Source: Ignicoccus islandicus DSM 13165
GTDB taxonomy: Archaea; Thermoproteota; Thermoprotei_A; Sulfolobales; Ignicoccaceae
Length of the DNA: 32,000 nt
Reading direction: 5' to 3'
Assembly: GCF_001481685.1 (NCBI RefSeq)
Contig: NZ_CP006867.1
Location: 390,001-422,000, forward strand
Position 1 is the stretch's first letter, and every line of letters begins with the position of its first letter. Both the position numbers and the translations under genes were made by a program. The notes beneath the pieces were generated by a model. The model saw only the letters and a program-made list of their open reading frames with translations. It did no database searches and was not told where the DNA came from. Shown piece by piece: positions 8,674 to 17,381 of the stretch.

Positions 8674-10890
8674 CTACCTCCTCATTATCAAGTATCCTTC
8701 CATCCACATAGCGTCGAACCTACCTAGTAGGAAGCTCACTATGGCTTGCTTCGGAGTGTCCACTAAGGGTTCCCCACCTAAGTTGAAGCTGGTGTTCATT
8801 ACCACGTACTCACCTGTTTCGTCCCCGAAGGCCTTAATCAATTGATACCAATTCTTATCTATGGAAGGCGTTACAGTTTGCGGCCTAGCAGTCCTATCCA
8901 CGTGGCAAACTACCGGGAGCCTCTCGCATGCCTCTTCCTTGAACCTCTCCATTACTATCATGAAGGGCAAGTGTTCCCCGACTTCGAAATACTCCTTAGC
9001 CTTGTCCAAGAGCAGCGAAGGGGCTAGGGGCCTCCACCACTCCCTTCCCTTTAGCGCGTTGACCCTCTCCCAGTTCTCCCTAATTCTCGGATCCGCTACT
9101 ATGCTTCTGTGCCCCAAAGCCCTAGGCCCGAACTCCGGTCTCCCTTGGTAAACAGTAACTATCTCGTTTCTCAGCAAGTGATCGACTAGTTGAGTTATAT
9201 CCGCATTCTCAACCTTTAAGTTAAAGGTATCCTTAGCCCACCTGATGGCTTCGTCAACTTCATCGGAGAAGTCCGCTCCCCAGAAGACGTTCTCTATCCT
9301 CTCGTTCTTGACCTTCCCTCCCAATACGTGTTCGTACGCCCACAGGGCAGCTCCTATGGAAGTTCCAGCGTCGTTAGCTGCTGGGAAAACGAACATGTCG
9401 TTGAATATCTTAGCGTATAACACTTCCATGTTAGCCTTGGCGTTGAGCGCCGCTCCTCCAGCTATTACCGCTTCCTTAATTCCAGTCTGCCTAACTGCCC
9501 ACCTCATTAGAGTTAGGTAAGCCTCTTCGAACCTCCTCTGAATTACGTAAGCGAAGTTGGCTGCCTCCTCATTTAGCGGCTTGGCCTTCGGATCCCAATT
9601 GACTCTGTAGTTACTAAACAGAACGGGCACGTTAACTACCGGGTACTTAATTGCGTACGGAACCTCTGAGTCTTCATCATAGACTTCGAGTATATCCGTA
9701 GCTAGGTTCCAGTACTTGTCTGTTTTCTTACCGTAGGGAGCTAGGCCCATTACCTTACCGGGGCCTTCAAATATGTCGAAACCTAGGAGGTAACTCAAGG
9801 TCTCGTAGAAACCGCCCAAGGAGTAACTTATTGTTGGGAAATTATGAAGCAGTTCAAACTCGCCGTCCTTTACGTCCCAAACAGTAGTTGAAGCTATCTC
9901 GCCACTACCATCTACAGTTACTGCTAAGGCTCTCTTGAAACCTGAGGTATAATAAGCAGAGGCAGCGTGTGCTAGGTGATGGGGGACTGTAACTATCTTC
10001 TTAGGTTCCTTACCGAAGGCTATTTTCCAGACTTTCTCAACGAGTCTAATTAAGTCTTGATTATACGTCCTCGCAGATAGTAGGTGTAGTTTCCTAAGCG
10101 TTTTATATATTTTTACGTAACGGGACTTGGGATTGCAGAATATTTTATTGTTTAGAATCAATCTTGCCTTCTCATCAATGCTACTTGCGATCCCATTACA
10201 TGAATTTAAAACCATACCGGAAATATCTGATACTAGGTTTGGATCTATACCTAGTGCTTTTCCTATCATCCTTGCAAGGACTATTGGTGTTTTTGTACCA
10301 ATTCTTTTACCACCGATCTTACACAAACCTAATGCCAAGAGAAGTAAATAGAAATATTTCTTACCATAGAGATATGAATACAGAAAAGGATCTTGCGGTT
10401 CCGTAGGCAATTGCGACAACGTCTTAAGCCATTCTTCTTTCGGATCTATATTAACTTGACCGAGTCTTCGTTTAGTTACGTTCGCTAGCCTTAATACACC
10501 AAATATATGGTCATTGAAATAGTCGATTGACTTTTTAATAACATGACCGAAGAAGAGGTCGTAACTGAAGTAGCATTTACCTTTATATTTTTTCTGGAAA
10601 GTCTTCTCAAGAAATTTGTTATTGTAAAGGATATCATAATCAAATGGGATCGCTATTACGTCTGCTTCGGAGATGTCTATTGAGTACTTCTTTAATAAGT
10701 ATTGGCGGGCCTCAACTAGGGCAGGAACGAAGTACACGAACGGCGAATAGAGGTAAGTTCTGTTGTTGGAAACTACGTTGTGTTTAAGCCTACTTATCCT
10801 TTCTATTTCTTTAGAATAAATCAATCTTCCATCGTAAACTACCGCTATACTTGCATCATGAATATTGGGCACGAGACCAATGGAAATCAT
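8674..10890 (-). CDS. Carbamoyltransferase (NodU/CmcH/TobZ family) with a large N-terminal-lobe insertion
   Basis: 738-aa ORF. N-terminal GLVPNIHDASIAVVYDGRLIYSKEIERISRLKH, then PHHLAHAASAYYTSGF only at residue ~303. Also DGSGE, KVMGLAPYG, AGGAALN, and a C-terminal domain with GPRALGHRSI and MNTSFN. Confidence 0.8.
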   Translation of the reverse strand: MISIGLVPNIHDASIAVVYDGRLIYSKEIERISRLKHNVVSNNRTYLYSPFVYFVPALVEARQYLLKKYSIDISEADVIAIPFDYDILYNNKFLEKTFQKKYKGKCYFSYDLFFGHVIKKSIDYFNDHIFGVLRLANVTKRRLGQVNIDPKEEWLKTLSQLPTEPQDPFLYSYLYGKKYFYLLLLALGLCKIGGKRIGTKTPIVLARMIGKALGIDPNLVSDISGMVLNSCNGIASSIDEKARLILNNKIFCNPKSRYVKIYKTLRKLHLLSARTYNQDLIRLVEKVWKIAFGKEPKKIVTVPHHLAHAASAYYTSGFKRALAVTVDGSGEIASTTVWDVKDGEFELLHNFPTISYSLGGFYETLSYLLGFDIFEGPGKVMGLAPYGKKTDKYWNLATDILEVYDEDSEVPYAIKYPVVNVPVLFSNYRVNWDPKAKPLNEEAANFAYVIQRRFEEAYLTLMRWAVRQTGIKEAVIAGGAALNAKANMEVLYAKIFNDMFVFPAANDAGTSIGAALWAYEHVLGGKVKNERIENVFWGADFSDEVDEAIRWAKDTFNLKVENADITQLVDHLLRNEIVTVYQGRPEFGPRALGHRSIVADPRIRENWERVNALKGREWWRPLAPSLLLDKAKEYFEVGEHLPFMIVMERFKEEACERLPVVCHVDRTARPQTVTPSIDKNWYQLIKAFGDETGEYVVMNTSFNLGGEPLVDTPKQAIVSFLLGRFDAMWMEGYLIMRR

Positions 10891-11584
10891 TTTCCGTAAG
10901 CCCTTGCGTGGTTTGAGTTAAGAAGATTAGGAATCTTTCTAGTTGACAGATGTCAATGACATACGATTCCGCTGAATATTCGTATTTGAACTAAGACTCT
11001 AAAAAGGCTTAGGGTCGATCGATATCGTAAGCAAAAAATCAAGAGAATATCTATATGGTAATACTGAAGAAACTACAAGAGATTACAATGAAACGGGTCT
11101 TTGGTTCCTGAATTTACATGGTACCTTAATAAGGCAGCAACAAGGGAAGTGAGATTTAAGATTATGCGAAGACTGATAGACAGAATTAAGCAAGTTACTT
11201 CAAAATGCGATAAGTAAGAAATGATTGTAATGTTTAGGTTGGCAACTACAGCTACACTCTTCACAATTTCGTAAAAACAGCATTACACCAGGACCTGGAA
11301 GATATAATACAAAGGTAGGTTCAAAAAGTAAAAATCTCTCTCATCTAACTACTCAAAAATTTTAAGGTACTCAATAATTAAATGATGAAGGACAATTGTG
11401 AACCTAGTGCATGAACGATCCAATACTCCGTTAATGACGTTATATCTGTTCGTTAGTTAGAGACTACCAGTTCCAAAGAGCTAAGGTTGTCTCAACCATG
11501 GAAACGAGTAATGATATCTGTTCGGAAAAAGTAATATAGATTAAGACTAAAACTGCTAACAAGAACTACCGACTCCGTAACGAG

Positions 11585-13489
11585 GTGCAAAAAGTTTTGA
11601 AAGTAAGATCGTGGCCCTGGAATCCCATTCAAGTTGATTTAGAAGAAGGAAACTGGGAAAAATTGAAACTTGAGGCTAAGGGAATAATAGAAGCTGGAGT
11701 TAAACTCCATTACGAAAAAGAGACCTTTAGGGGATCCCCCCTAGAGAACAACCTACTGGTTCTCGGACTGGGACCCTTTGCGAGAGGTCCATTTTACGGT
11801 GCAAACAGAATGATTGCAGTCTTCCGGAGTCCAATGACATATGGGTTACACGTATCCGCTTGCGGCGGAGTAGGTTTCCAATTCTCTTACTCCGGTACTT
11901 CCTTAGTAGCGCTTAAAGGAAAATCCAAACCTTCCGTGGTTGTAATAGAAGGAGATTCGAATGGAGTCAAGGACGTAAAGATCGAGAATGTGGATCCGAA
12001 CTTCGTTTACAACTACTCGTCTGAATATAAGGGTATATTCTCATTATCGAAATACTTGTTCGATAAGTATGGAGAGGGGAGGGGTATAGTAGTTGGACCT
12101 TACGCCTTCAAGTCACCTACTGCTTCGCTAGTTAGCGTTTTCTTACCACACGGCGAAGTGAGTCCTTGGTCCGTTGATTTCTTTGGCAGAGGAGGTCCCG
12201 GAAGCGTAATGGCGCAAGTGCACGGAGTTCTGGCAATATACGCTACCGGAACTTTCCAACCTGATGAAATAGATCCTAACCTACCCGATGAAATTTCCAA
12301 AAAGGTATTCGGGAGAAACTACGTTCAAGTAGTTTTGGAAGCAACCAAAAAGTACAGATACGATCCTCAAATAGGTTCCGGTGGTACCTTTGGAGTCAAC
12401 TACGTTTACTACAAGGACTTGATTCCGATGTTCGCATATAATAGCATGTATTACCCGCAGCAAGTTAGGGTAATGTTATCGAATTGGGCCCTTAGGTACT
12501 TCTGGAAACCGTTTCAAGATGAAACGATACTTGGGAGGATTTGGGGAAGTTGCGGAGAACCTTGTCCGGCGGTTTGTAAGAAGGTTTGGAGAGGTACTAA
12601 AATCGATTACGAACCAGCTAATGCCATGGGAACTCTAATAGGTATATTCAACCTCGAACTCACGAGGGAATTAATAGAAGTCGTTGATTCTAACGGCATG
12701 GACGCAATAGAGATGGGCCACGAAATATCGTGGTTGTTTGACTTAATTAAGAACAAACTATTAGATTACGACGAACTGGACCTTGATGAAGAACCTAACT
12801 TGGATCCTTTGAACTTCGATCCGATCGAAGACAGTGAAAGGAACTTCAGAGTAGCTAAGAGGTTACTGGAATTATTCGTTAACGGGGGCAACGAAATAGT
12901 TGACCTAATAGCTACGAAGGGATTGAGAAAGGCAGCCAAAATACTGGACAAGAAGTTCGAATATAGAGTTTCGAATAAGGGAGCGAAGTTCGAGGACTTC
13001 GCTGTTTACGTGGCCTTCGGTGAAGAGGGCTATATGACGCCCAACCTCTATTGGGCTCCGGGGATGGTTGCACCCCTTTACGTTTTAGGTCGATATTGGA
13101 CCAATTACAAGCCTACGTTTATGGAACCGGAAGAGTTCGCCGTTAGTTCCTTCGAGAGAGCATTGAAGGAGTTACTGGTAGACAACGCTGGGATATGTAG
13201 ATTCCACAGGAAGTGGGCCGAAAAAATGTTAGGGGAGATGTACGAATTGGTTTTGGGTGAGGGAATTTCGACCGAGTATGCAAAGGAAATCTATAGGAAA
13301 GTAGCTGAATACAACGAAATGGCTAACGCCGAACCCGTTCCTTGGGAGAGTAGAAAGACGGTGGACGTAGTGGCTACGATGGCAAGACACGTTATGAACG
13401 AGAGATGGATCGAGGAGTTCGAGAAGGGCAACGCTCTCGAATGGTGGAAGAGATTCAAACAAAAAATAGACCAGATTCTATGGAGCTGA
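11585..13489 (+). CDS. Aldehyde:ferredoxin oxidoreductase (AOR) family tungsto/molybdopterin enzyme
   Basis: 634-aa ORF. AOR N-domain pattern (ENNLLVLGLGPFARGP...RSPMT...CGG...ALKGKS), a Cys cluster CGEPCPAVCKK, GMDAIEMG and DNAGICRFH. Start is GTG 11585, or TTG 11597 behind GAGGTG. Confidence 0.65.
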   Translation: MQKVLKVRSWPWNPIQVDLEEGNWEKLKLEAKGIIEAGVKLHYEKETFRGSPLENNLLVLGLGPFARGPFYGANRMIAVFRSPMTYGLHVSACGGVGFQFSYSGTSLVALKGKSKPSVVVIEGDSNGVKDVKIENVDPNFVYNYSSEYKGIFSLSKYLFDKYGEGRGIVVGPYAFKSPTASLVSVFLPHGEVSPWSVDFFGRGGPGSVMAQVHGVLAIYATGTFQPDEIDPNLPDEISKKVFGRNYVQVVLEATKKYRYDPQIGSGGTFGVNYVYYKDLIPMFAYNSMYYPQQVRVMLSNWALRYFWKPFQDETILGRIWGSCGEPCPAVCKKVWRGTKIDYEPANAMGTLIGIFNLELTRELIEVVDSNGMDAIEMGHEISWLFDLIKNKLLDYDELDLDEEPNLDPLNFDPIEDSERNFRVAKRLLELFVNGGNEIVDLIATKGLRKAAKILDKKFEYRVSNKGAKFEDFAVYVAFGEEGYMTPNLYWAPGMVAPLYVLGRYWTNYKPTFMEPEEFAVSSFERALKELLVDNAGICRFHRKWAEKMLGEMYELVLGEGISTEYAKEIYRKVAEYNEMANAEPVPWESRKTVDVVATMARHVMNERWIEEFEKGNALEWWKRFKQKIDQILWS

Positions 13490-13714
13490 TTTCCGGCGCC
13501 TCCTCCTCCCCTTACCTCTCTCAACTAATTCCGATTGAAACTTCTCTTTGAGCTCCTTCAATTCCTTTATTGAAATCTTGCCTTCTAGGGCCTCTTCCCA
13601 AAGGTCCGTAACCAATAGCGTCGTCTTTATTTGTTTTATCTGAACCGATGAAGTCGCTTCCGATTCTACAGATTCCTCTTCACTGAACTCTTCCATGAAG
13701 TCCTCTTCGCTCAA
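13478..13714 (-). CDS. Small acidic protein with a basic tail; possible RNA polymerase subunit Rpo13
   Basis: 78-aa ORF with an acidic N-terminus (SEEDFMEEFSEEESVESE), a central helical segment (DLWEEALEGKISIKELKELKE) and a C-terminal GKGRRRRRK. The layout matches Sulfolobus Rpo13 as I remember it. Confidence 0.45.
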   Translation of the reverse strand: MSEEDFMEEFSEEESVESEATSSVQIKQIKTTLLVTDLWEEALEGKISIKELKELKEKFQSELVERGKGRRRRRKSAP

Positions 13715-13764
13715 GTTCCATCCACTGGCCTTCGCTGGGTTATAGATTTTAAGGTTTGAGCATT

Positions 13765-14133
13765 TTAGGCCGCTAGAGCGGCTTGTAGCCTATCCTTCTG
13801 CCTCTTTATCTCGTACCTCACTCTTCCGAGTAGGGCATCTTTCTCCGTAATAATAACTACTATAGCGTCGCCTATGTCAGACAACAGCACCTTACCTTCT
13901 TGATACTCAACAGTGGTCAGTTCAGCATCGCCTAGATTGAATTCCTCACCGAACCTTTTTACGGCACCGTAAATCGTCACTAACATTGCTGCAATGCTCT
14001 CTACGTCTATTTCGCCTGTACTCACTACATAGTCTATAACGAAACCGTCTTTGGAAATTACCATTACTGACTTGATGCCTTCGACTTTTACCATATCATT
14101 GAGTACCTTCTTGAGAGGTGTGATGGTGCTCAT
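13765..14133 (-). CDS. Roadblock/LC7 (MglB-like) domain protein
   Basis: VEGIKSVMVISKDGFVIDYV...IAAMLVTIYGA...LLSDIGDAIVVIITE is typical of Roadblock/LC7. The ORF track starts at GTG 14199. However, a tttaataa TATA-like box lies inside that extension and ATG 14133 follows GGAAGGCGGA. Confidence 0.7.
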   Translation of the reverse strand: MSTITPLKKVLNDMVKVEGIKSVMVISKDGFVIDYVVSTGEIDVESIAAMLVTIYGAVKRFGEEFNLGDAELTTVEYQEGKVLLSDIGDAIVVIITEKDALLGRVRYEIKRQKDRLQAALAA

Positions 14134-14273
14134 TCCGCCTTCCCTACTGTGTGATTGAACATATGACCTTATTAAATGACGTAGTGTTGAAATGGTCACA
14201 GCCGGTGGAGGCTCTTCATTATCGGATATCTGAGACGTGTAACCCGTTCATCCCTTCTTCAGGAGAAAATGTG

Positions 14274-14349
14274 TGGCGCCGGGGGGAGGACTCGAACCTC
14301 CGGCCACCGGGTTAACAGCCCGGCGCTCTACCAGCTGAGCTACCCCGGC
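14274..14349 (-). tRNA. tRNA-Asn (anticodon GTT), CCA encoded
   Basis: The rc reads GCCGGGGTAGCTCAGCTGGTAGAGCGCCGGGCTGTTAACCCGGTGGCCGGAGGTTCGAGTCCTCCCCCCGGCGCCA. All four cloverleaf stems pair and the anticodon loop is CTGTTAA. Confidence 0.92.
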
Positions 14350-14374
14350 ACCGTTAGTTGGTGGAGAAATCCGG

Positions 14375-14382
14375 TTAATAAA
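14375..14382 (-). promoter_or_regulatory. TATA-like box (tttattaa on the minus strand) for tRNA-Asn
   Basis: Located 26-33 nt upstream of the tRNA 5' end. Confidence 0.5.
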
Positions 14383-14417
14383 CTTAATTTCTTTGTGCTT
14401 AATTTGGTTTTGATATT

Positions 14418-15626
14418 TTAAGCTTTATTGAATATGGTTTTCATAATGGTCAAAAATTTTCTCCTAATATAATATTCTATTGCATCACATGCAGTTAAGT
14501 CCTTATTTATTTTCAAACTCAGATCGTATGCGAACGGTATAGTCAGTAGTAGATCGTTCACTATTGCTGGACCTCTGTACTTAGGAAACGGGTCCTTCGG
14601 TTTCCAAATTAATGCAGATAAAATGCCTTCTAGGGCAGCTTCATATTCTATTATCTTGGAACGTATTTTCTCTCTAAAGCTATAATTACTTCTCAGCAAG
14701 AATAAGAGAGTTCTCATGAAAATTATACGAGAAGTTAAGTCAATTAATGATACCAATGCTCCGAGATTAACTAGGGCAGGAGGAACAACTAGCGACTTCT
14801 TCGAAAATACCAACTCGTTTTTGTTCAGACACTTTAGAATCTTATAGTGAGCCAGCTTACGCGTAAGTCCTCTGTAATGTTTCCCTATATAGACAGGTAC
14901 GTAAATAAGGACGTATCCTTTCTCATATATTTTAGCCCCTAGTACGTAATCGTCCCCATACATAAATGTATCAACGTTAAAAAATCCTACTTCGTCTATC
15001 ACTTCACCTCTATAAACTGAGAATGCGCCATCTAGGTAACCTACTATTTGGGGATAGAGGGCTACTGAGGGTACCCTTATAAATGATTGAAGAGGCCTAG
15101 GTGTACTGAAGAAACCTATAGACCAGTACAGAGGACCACTATCGAAAACTGACTCGCTTGGATTCAGAAGAAATCCTTGCACACCAGCTATCCTCTTATC
15201 AGACTCCAATACCTTTATCGTCTTCTTGAACGAACTCTTAGTTAGTATAACGTCGTTATTCACCAAGGCAACGTAATCGAAGGGGCCATATTTTTGATAA
15301 AGAGAATAGTAAGCAATGTTGTTAGCGCGAGCGAAACCCAAGTTCTTGCTTAGTTTTATGAGATGTATCCTCTTACCCATAGAAATTAATTCGTCTTCCT
15401 TACTCACAACAAATTCCTTTAACACTTCGAACGTAGCATCATTAGATCCGTTATCTACTAATGCGATCTCGTGACAGTCCCAAGACGAGCTTATCAAACT
15501 ATCCAATGCTTTTAAAAATCTCTCTTTATTATCTCCACATATATTCAGATATATCGAAATTGACAATAACTTTTTATCTCTCTTACAAGAAGTATTTCCT
15601 ATAGCAATGTACTTAGTCTTCTTCAA
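14418..15626 (-). CDS. Family-2 glycosyltransferase (WbbL/rhamnosyltransferase-like) with a hydrophobic C-terminal extension
   Basis: 402-aa ORF. Motifs: SISIYLNICG, IALVDNGSND, LSKNLGFARANN, LVNNDV, DGAFSVYRGEVIDEVGFFN, MYGDDYVL. TTG start with GAGGTGA 10 nt upstream. Confidence 0.8.
   Translation of the reverse strand: MKKTKYIAIGNTSCKRDKKLLSISIYLNICGDNKERFLKALDSLISSSWDCHEIALVDNGSNDATFEVLKEFVVSKEDELISMGKRIHLIKLSKNLGFARANNIAYYSLYQKYGPFDYVALVNNDVILTKSSFKKTIKVLESDKRIAGVQGFLLNPSESVFDSGPLYWSIGFFSTPRPLQSFIRVPSVALYPQIVGYLDGAFSVYRGEVIDEVGFFNVDTFMYGDDYVLGAKIYEKGYVLIYVPVYIGKHYRGLTRKLAHYKILKCLNKNELVFSKKSLVVPPALVNLGALVSLIDLTSRIIFMRTLLFLLRSNYSFREKIRSKIIEYEAALEGILSALIWKPKDPFPKYRGPAIVNDLLLTIPFAYDLSLKINKDLTACDAIEYYIRRKFLTIMKTIFNKA
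15313..15377. repeat. 65-nt tract identical to 17028-17092 (copy 1, inside GT2 gene 1)
   Basis: Character-by-character identity of gcaatgttgttagcgcgagcgaaacccaagttcttgcttagttttatgagatgtatcctcttacc in both genes. The flanking nucleotides are diverged. Confidence 0.95.
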
Positions 15627-15954
15627 GAGCTCTTTTCACCTCTTTCAATACCTCCTCATACTCTTTTTGGAGATCCTCAGCTCGTGGTGGTAATTCCAAT
15701 CGAAAGATTGAGATTCCTAAAATGAGTAATATTAGCGAGATAGGTGTTCCGATTAGAAATACGAAGAGTCTCAATGCAATTAAATCTAGAGAGAAACATA
15801 CCATTGCTATTGCGTAAAGGAGCAGTATTGAATAGATAAGTATGGCTGTTGACGCTATCAATCTAATTATTTTTAAGTCATAGTCTCTTCGAGACATCTG
15901 ATACCCGAAGTAGAAATCGACATGCCATAAAATAGTATTTTTCATGAATACCAT
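15613..15954 (-). CDS. Small two-TM membrane protein with a charged C-terminal helix, paired with GT2 gene 1
   Basis: 113-aa ORF that overlaps the GT2 start by 14 nt. The C-terminus FRLELPPRAEDLQKEYEEVLKEVKRALEED is paralogous to the tail of 17382..17726. Confidence 0.65.
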   Translation of the reverse strand: MVFMKNTILWHVDFYFGYQMSRRDYDLKIIRLIASTAILIYSILLLYAIAMVCFSLDLIALRLFVFLIGTPISLILLILGISIFRLELPPRAEDLQKEYEEVLKEVKRALEED

Positions 15955-15974
15955 GAAACATAATACCCCGAGAA

Positions 15975-15982
15975 TTTATATA
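15975..15982 (-). promoter_or_regulatory. TATA box (tatataaa on the minus strand) for the small-TM/GT2 operon
   Basis: Its centre is ~25 nt upstream of ATG 15954, consistent with a leaderless transcript. It abuts the stop codon of the upstream GT2 gene. Confidence 0.5.
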
Positions 15983-17323
15983 CTATTTACATCTCTCTAT
16001 TACGTTTTTAGGAATAGTTTTATCGTCGAGATACTTTATATAACTATCAATTGTACAAAGGTCTTCATATAGAAGCATAAATTTCAGCAACTGAAGATAC
16101 CTAGCTGGATCTACGCTTACCATTGGTTCTTTCGGTGTAAGAAGATGAGTTTTTCCAAGGAACTTACGATATCCTGAAAGATATACTGAGGAGATGAGTG
16201 CAGGAATACTTGTATTGAGTAGGATGTATCCATATATACGTTGAAACAGCTTTGTGATGTAAGTATAACTAATCTCTTGTCCGTTGATTTCATCACCTAT
16301 TGGTTGGATTTGTTCCGTTTGTAAAGAATAGTGTTTCAGTAATTTCTTTATTTTTGGAAGTATTGCAAGTGATATCCTAAATGGCAGATCGTAAGTAAGC
16401 TTAATGATATCTACAAGTAAAGACGTGATAACTAGATTTACTACTTCTAAAGAATTCAGATGACCCGTGACCCCTAAGACGAAAAAGTTCTTGAGCACCG
16501 TGAGGCTCTCGAAGTCTTTATTCTCCTTCTTATTTCTTGACTTCCTAAAGAAGCTACCTCCAGCTAAATGTTCACCTACGGGATATGGAATATAATATAG
16601 TTTATAGCCACACCTCCAGAGTCTAATTGGCAGTTCAACATCCTCCCCATATAAGAAGAAGACTGGGTTAAAGAAACCACACTTCTTAATAGCTTCAACA
16701 CTATAAACGGAGTAGCCACCAGTTACTAGTGTAGGAAAAACCAAATTCGAAATAGCAACTAGACGGGCGGGAGTTCCTCTAAAATGTGAAGATGGATTTA
16801 AGAGGTTTGGATTCTTAGTAACATCGAGCATTGGTGAGACCATCTGTTGAGCACTGTACCAGATACCAGTCTTATCCCAATAGAATATAAGTCCTTGTGA
16901 AGCAGCTACGTCACTATCCCTCAGTGGTATAGTAAGTATCCTTAGAGATTCAGGGTATATTTTCAGGTCGTCGTTGACCAAGGCAATATACTTAATATCT
17001 GGACGTATCTTCGTTATAGCTTCAAACGCAATGTTGTTAGCGCGAGCGAAACCCAAGTTCTTGCTTAGTTTTATGAGATGTATCCTCTTACCTATGGGTA
17101 TCTCAGTTTGGTCTATCCACTTCTTTACCTCTCTATACGTTTGTTCCGGTCCATTAATTACTAGAACTATTTCATGGGGTATATAGTCCGCTTTTATAAG
17201 TGAATTGAATGATTCCTTGTAGATTTGCTTGAATTCCTCACGTATCTTATAGTAGACCGTAATAGAGGCTACAGCTTCTTTACCTTGGGGAGTTTCCCCA
17301 TAAGCTTCATAAGCTAGTTCCAT
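15983..17323 (-). CDS. Family-2 glycosyltransferase (WbbL-like), second paralogue, with a hydrophobic C-terminal extension
   Basis: Motifs: ITVYYKI, IVLVINGP, LSKNLGFARANN, LVNDDL, GGYSVYSVEAIKKCGFFN, LYGEDVEL. The ORF is open to ATG 17383. That codon overlaps the divergent ATG 17382, and the extension contains the shared TATA element, so ATG 17323 (MELAYEAYG...) is preferred. Confidence 0.8.
   Translation of the reverse strand: MELAYEAYGETPQGKEAVASITVYYKIREEFKQIYKESFNSLIKADYIPHEIVLVINGPEQTYREVKKWIDQTEIPIGKRIHLIKLSKNLGFARANNIAFEAITKIRPDIKYIALVNDDLKIYPESLRILTIPLRDSDVAASQGLIFYWDKTGIWYSAQQMVSPMLDVTKNPNLLNPSSHFRGTPARLVAISNLVFPTLVTGGYSVYSVEAIKKCGFFNPVFFLYGEDVELPIRLWRCGYKLYYIPYPVGEHLAGGSFFRKSRNKKENKDFESLTVLKNFFVLGVTGHLNSLEVVNLVITSLLVDIIKLTYDLPFRISLAILPKIKKLLKHYSLQTEQIQPIGDEINGQEISYTYITKLFQRIYGYILLNTSIPALISSVYLSGYRKFLGKTHLLTPKEPMVSVDPARYLQLLKFMLLYEDLCTIDSYIKYLDDKTIPKNVIERCK
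17028..17092. repeat. 65-nt tract identical to 15313-15377 (copy 2, inside GT2 gene 2)
   Basis: See copy 1. It encodes the shared RIHLIKLSKNLGFARANNIA segment. Confidence 0.95.
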
Positions 17324-17347
17324 TGGAGTACATCCCTTCGCAGTTTC

Positions 17348-17357
17348 ATAATAAATT
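17348..17357. promoter_or_regulatory. Shared AT-only TATA-like element between divergent GT2 gene 2 and the small-TM gene
   Basis: ataataaatt lies ~29 bp from ATG 17323 (minus strand) and ~29 bp from ATG 17382 (plus strand). Confidence 0.45.
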
Positions 17358-17381
17358 AAGTTAAATCCGATATCCCTAATC

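Noticed and set aside
6280-10406. Antisense ORFs inside LeuRS-like and carbamoyltransferase genes (6280..6552, 7088..7345, 8842..9027, 8861..9151, 9245..9520, 10127..10351, 10164..10406)
   Set aside because: Each is fully embedded opposite a long ORF with clear family motifs. Their sequences are low-complexity Ser/Leu/Pro-rich and have no start-site signals.
11073-11264. 63-aa ORF in the 694-bp AT-rich gap
   Set aside because: GTG start without an SD or TATA at a sensible distance. The hydrophobic low-complexity product is typical of AT-rich non-coding DNA, and it is the only open frame among many stops.
11376-11460. Possible C/D-box sRNA (aaATGATGAagg ... ttaATGAcg)
   Set aside because: A good C box, but no CTGA D or D' boxes at the required ~12-nt guide spacing, and no terminal stem.
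12100-13524. Antisense ORFs within the AOR-family gene (12100..12300, 12281..12463, 12766..12951, 13229..13462, 13291..13524)
   Set aside because: All are embedded opposite a 634-aa ORF with family motifs. None has a start signal.
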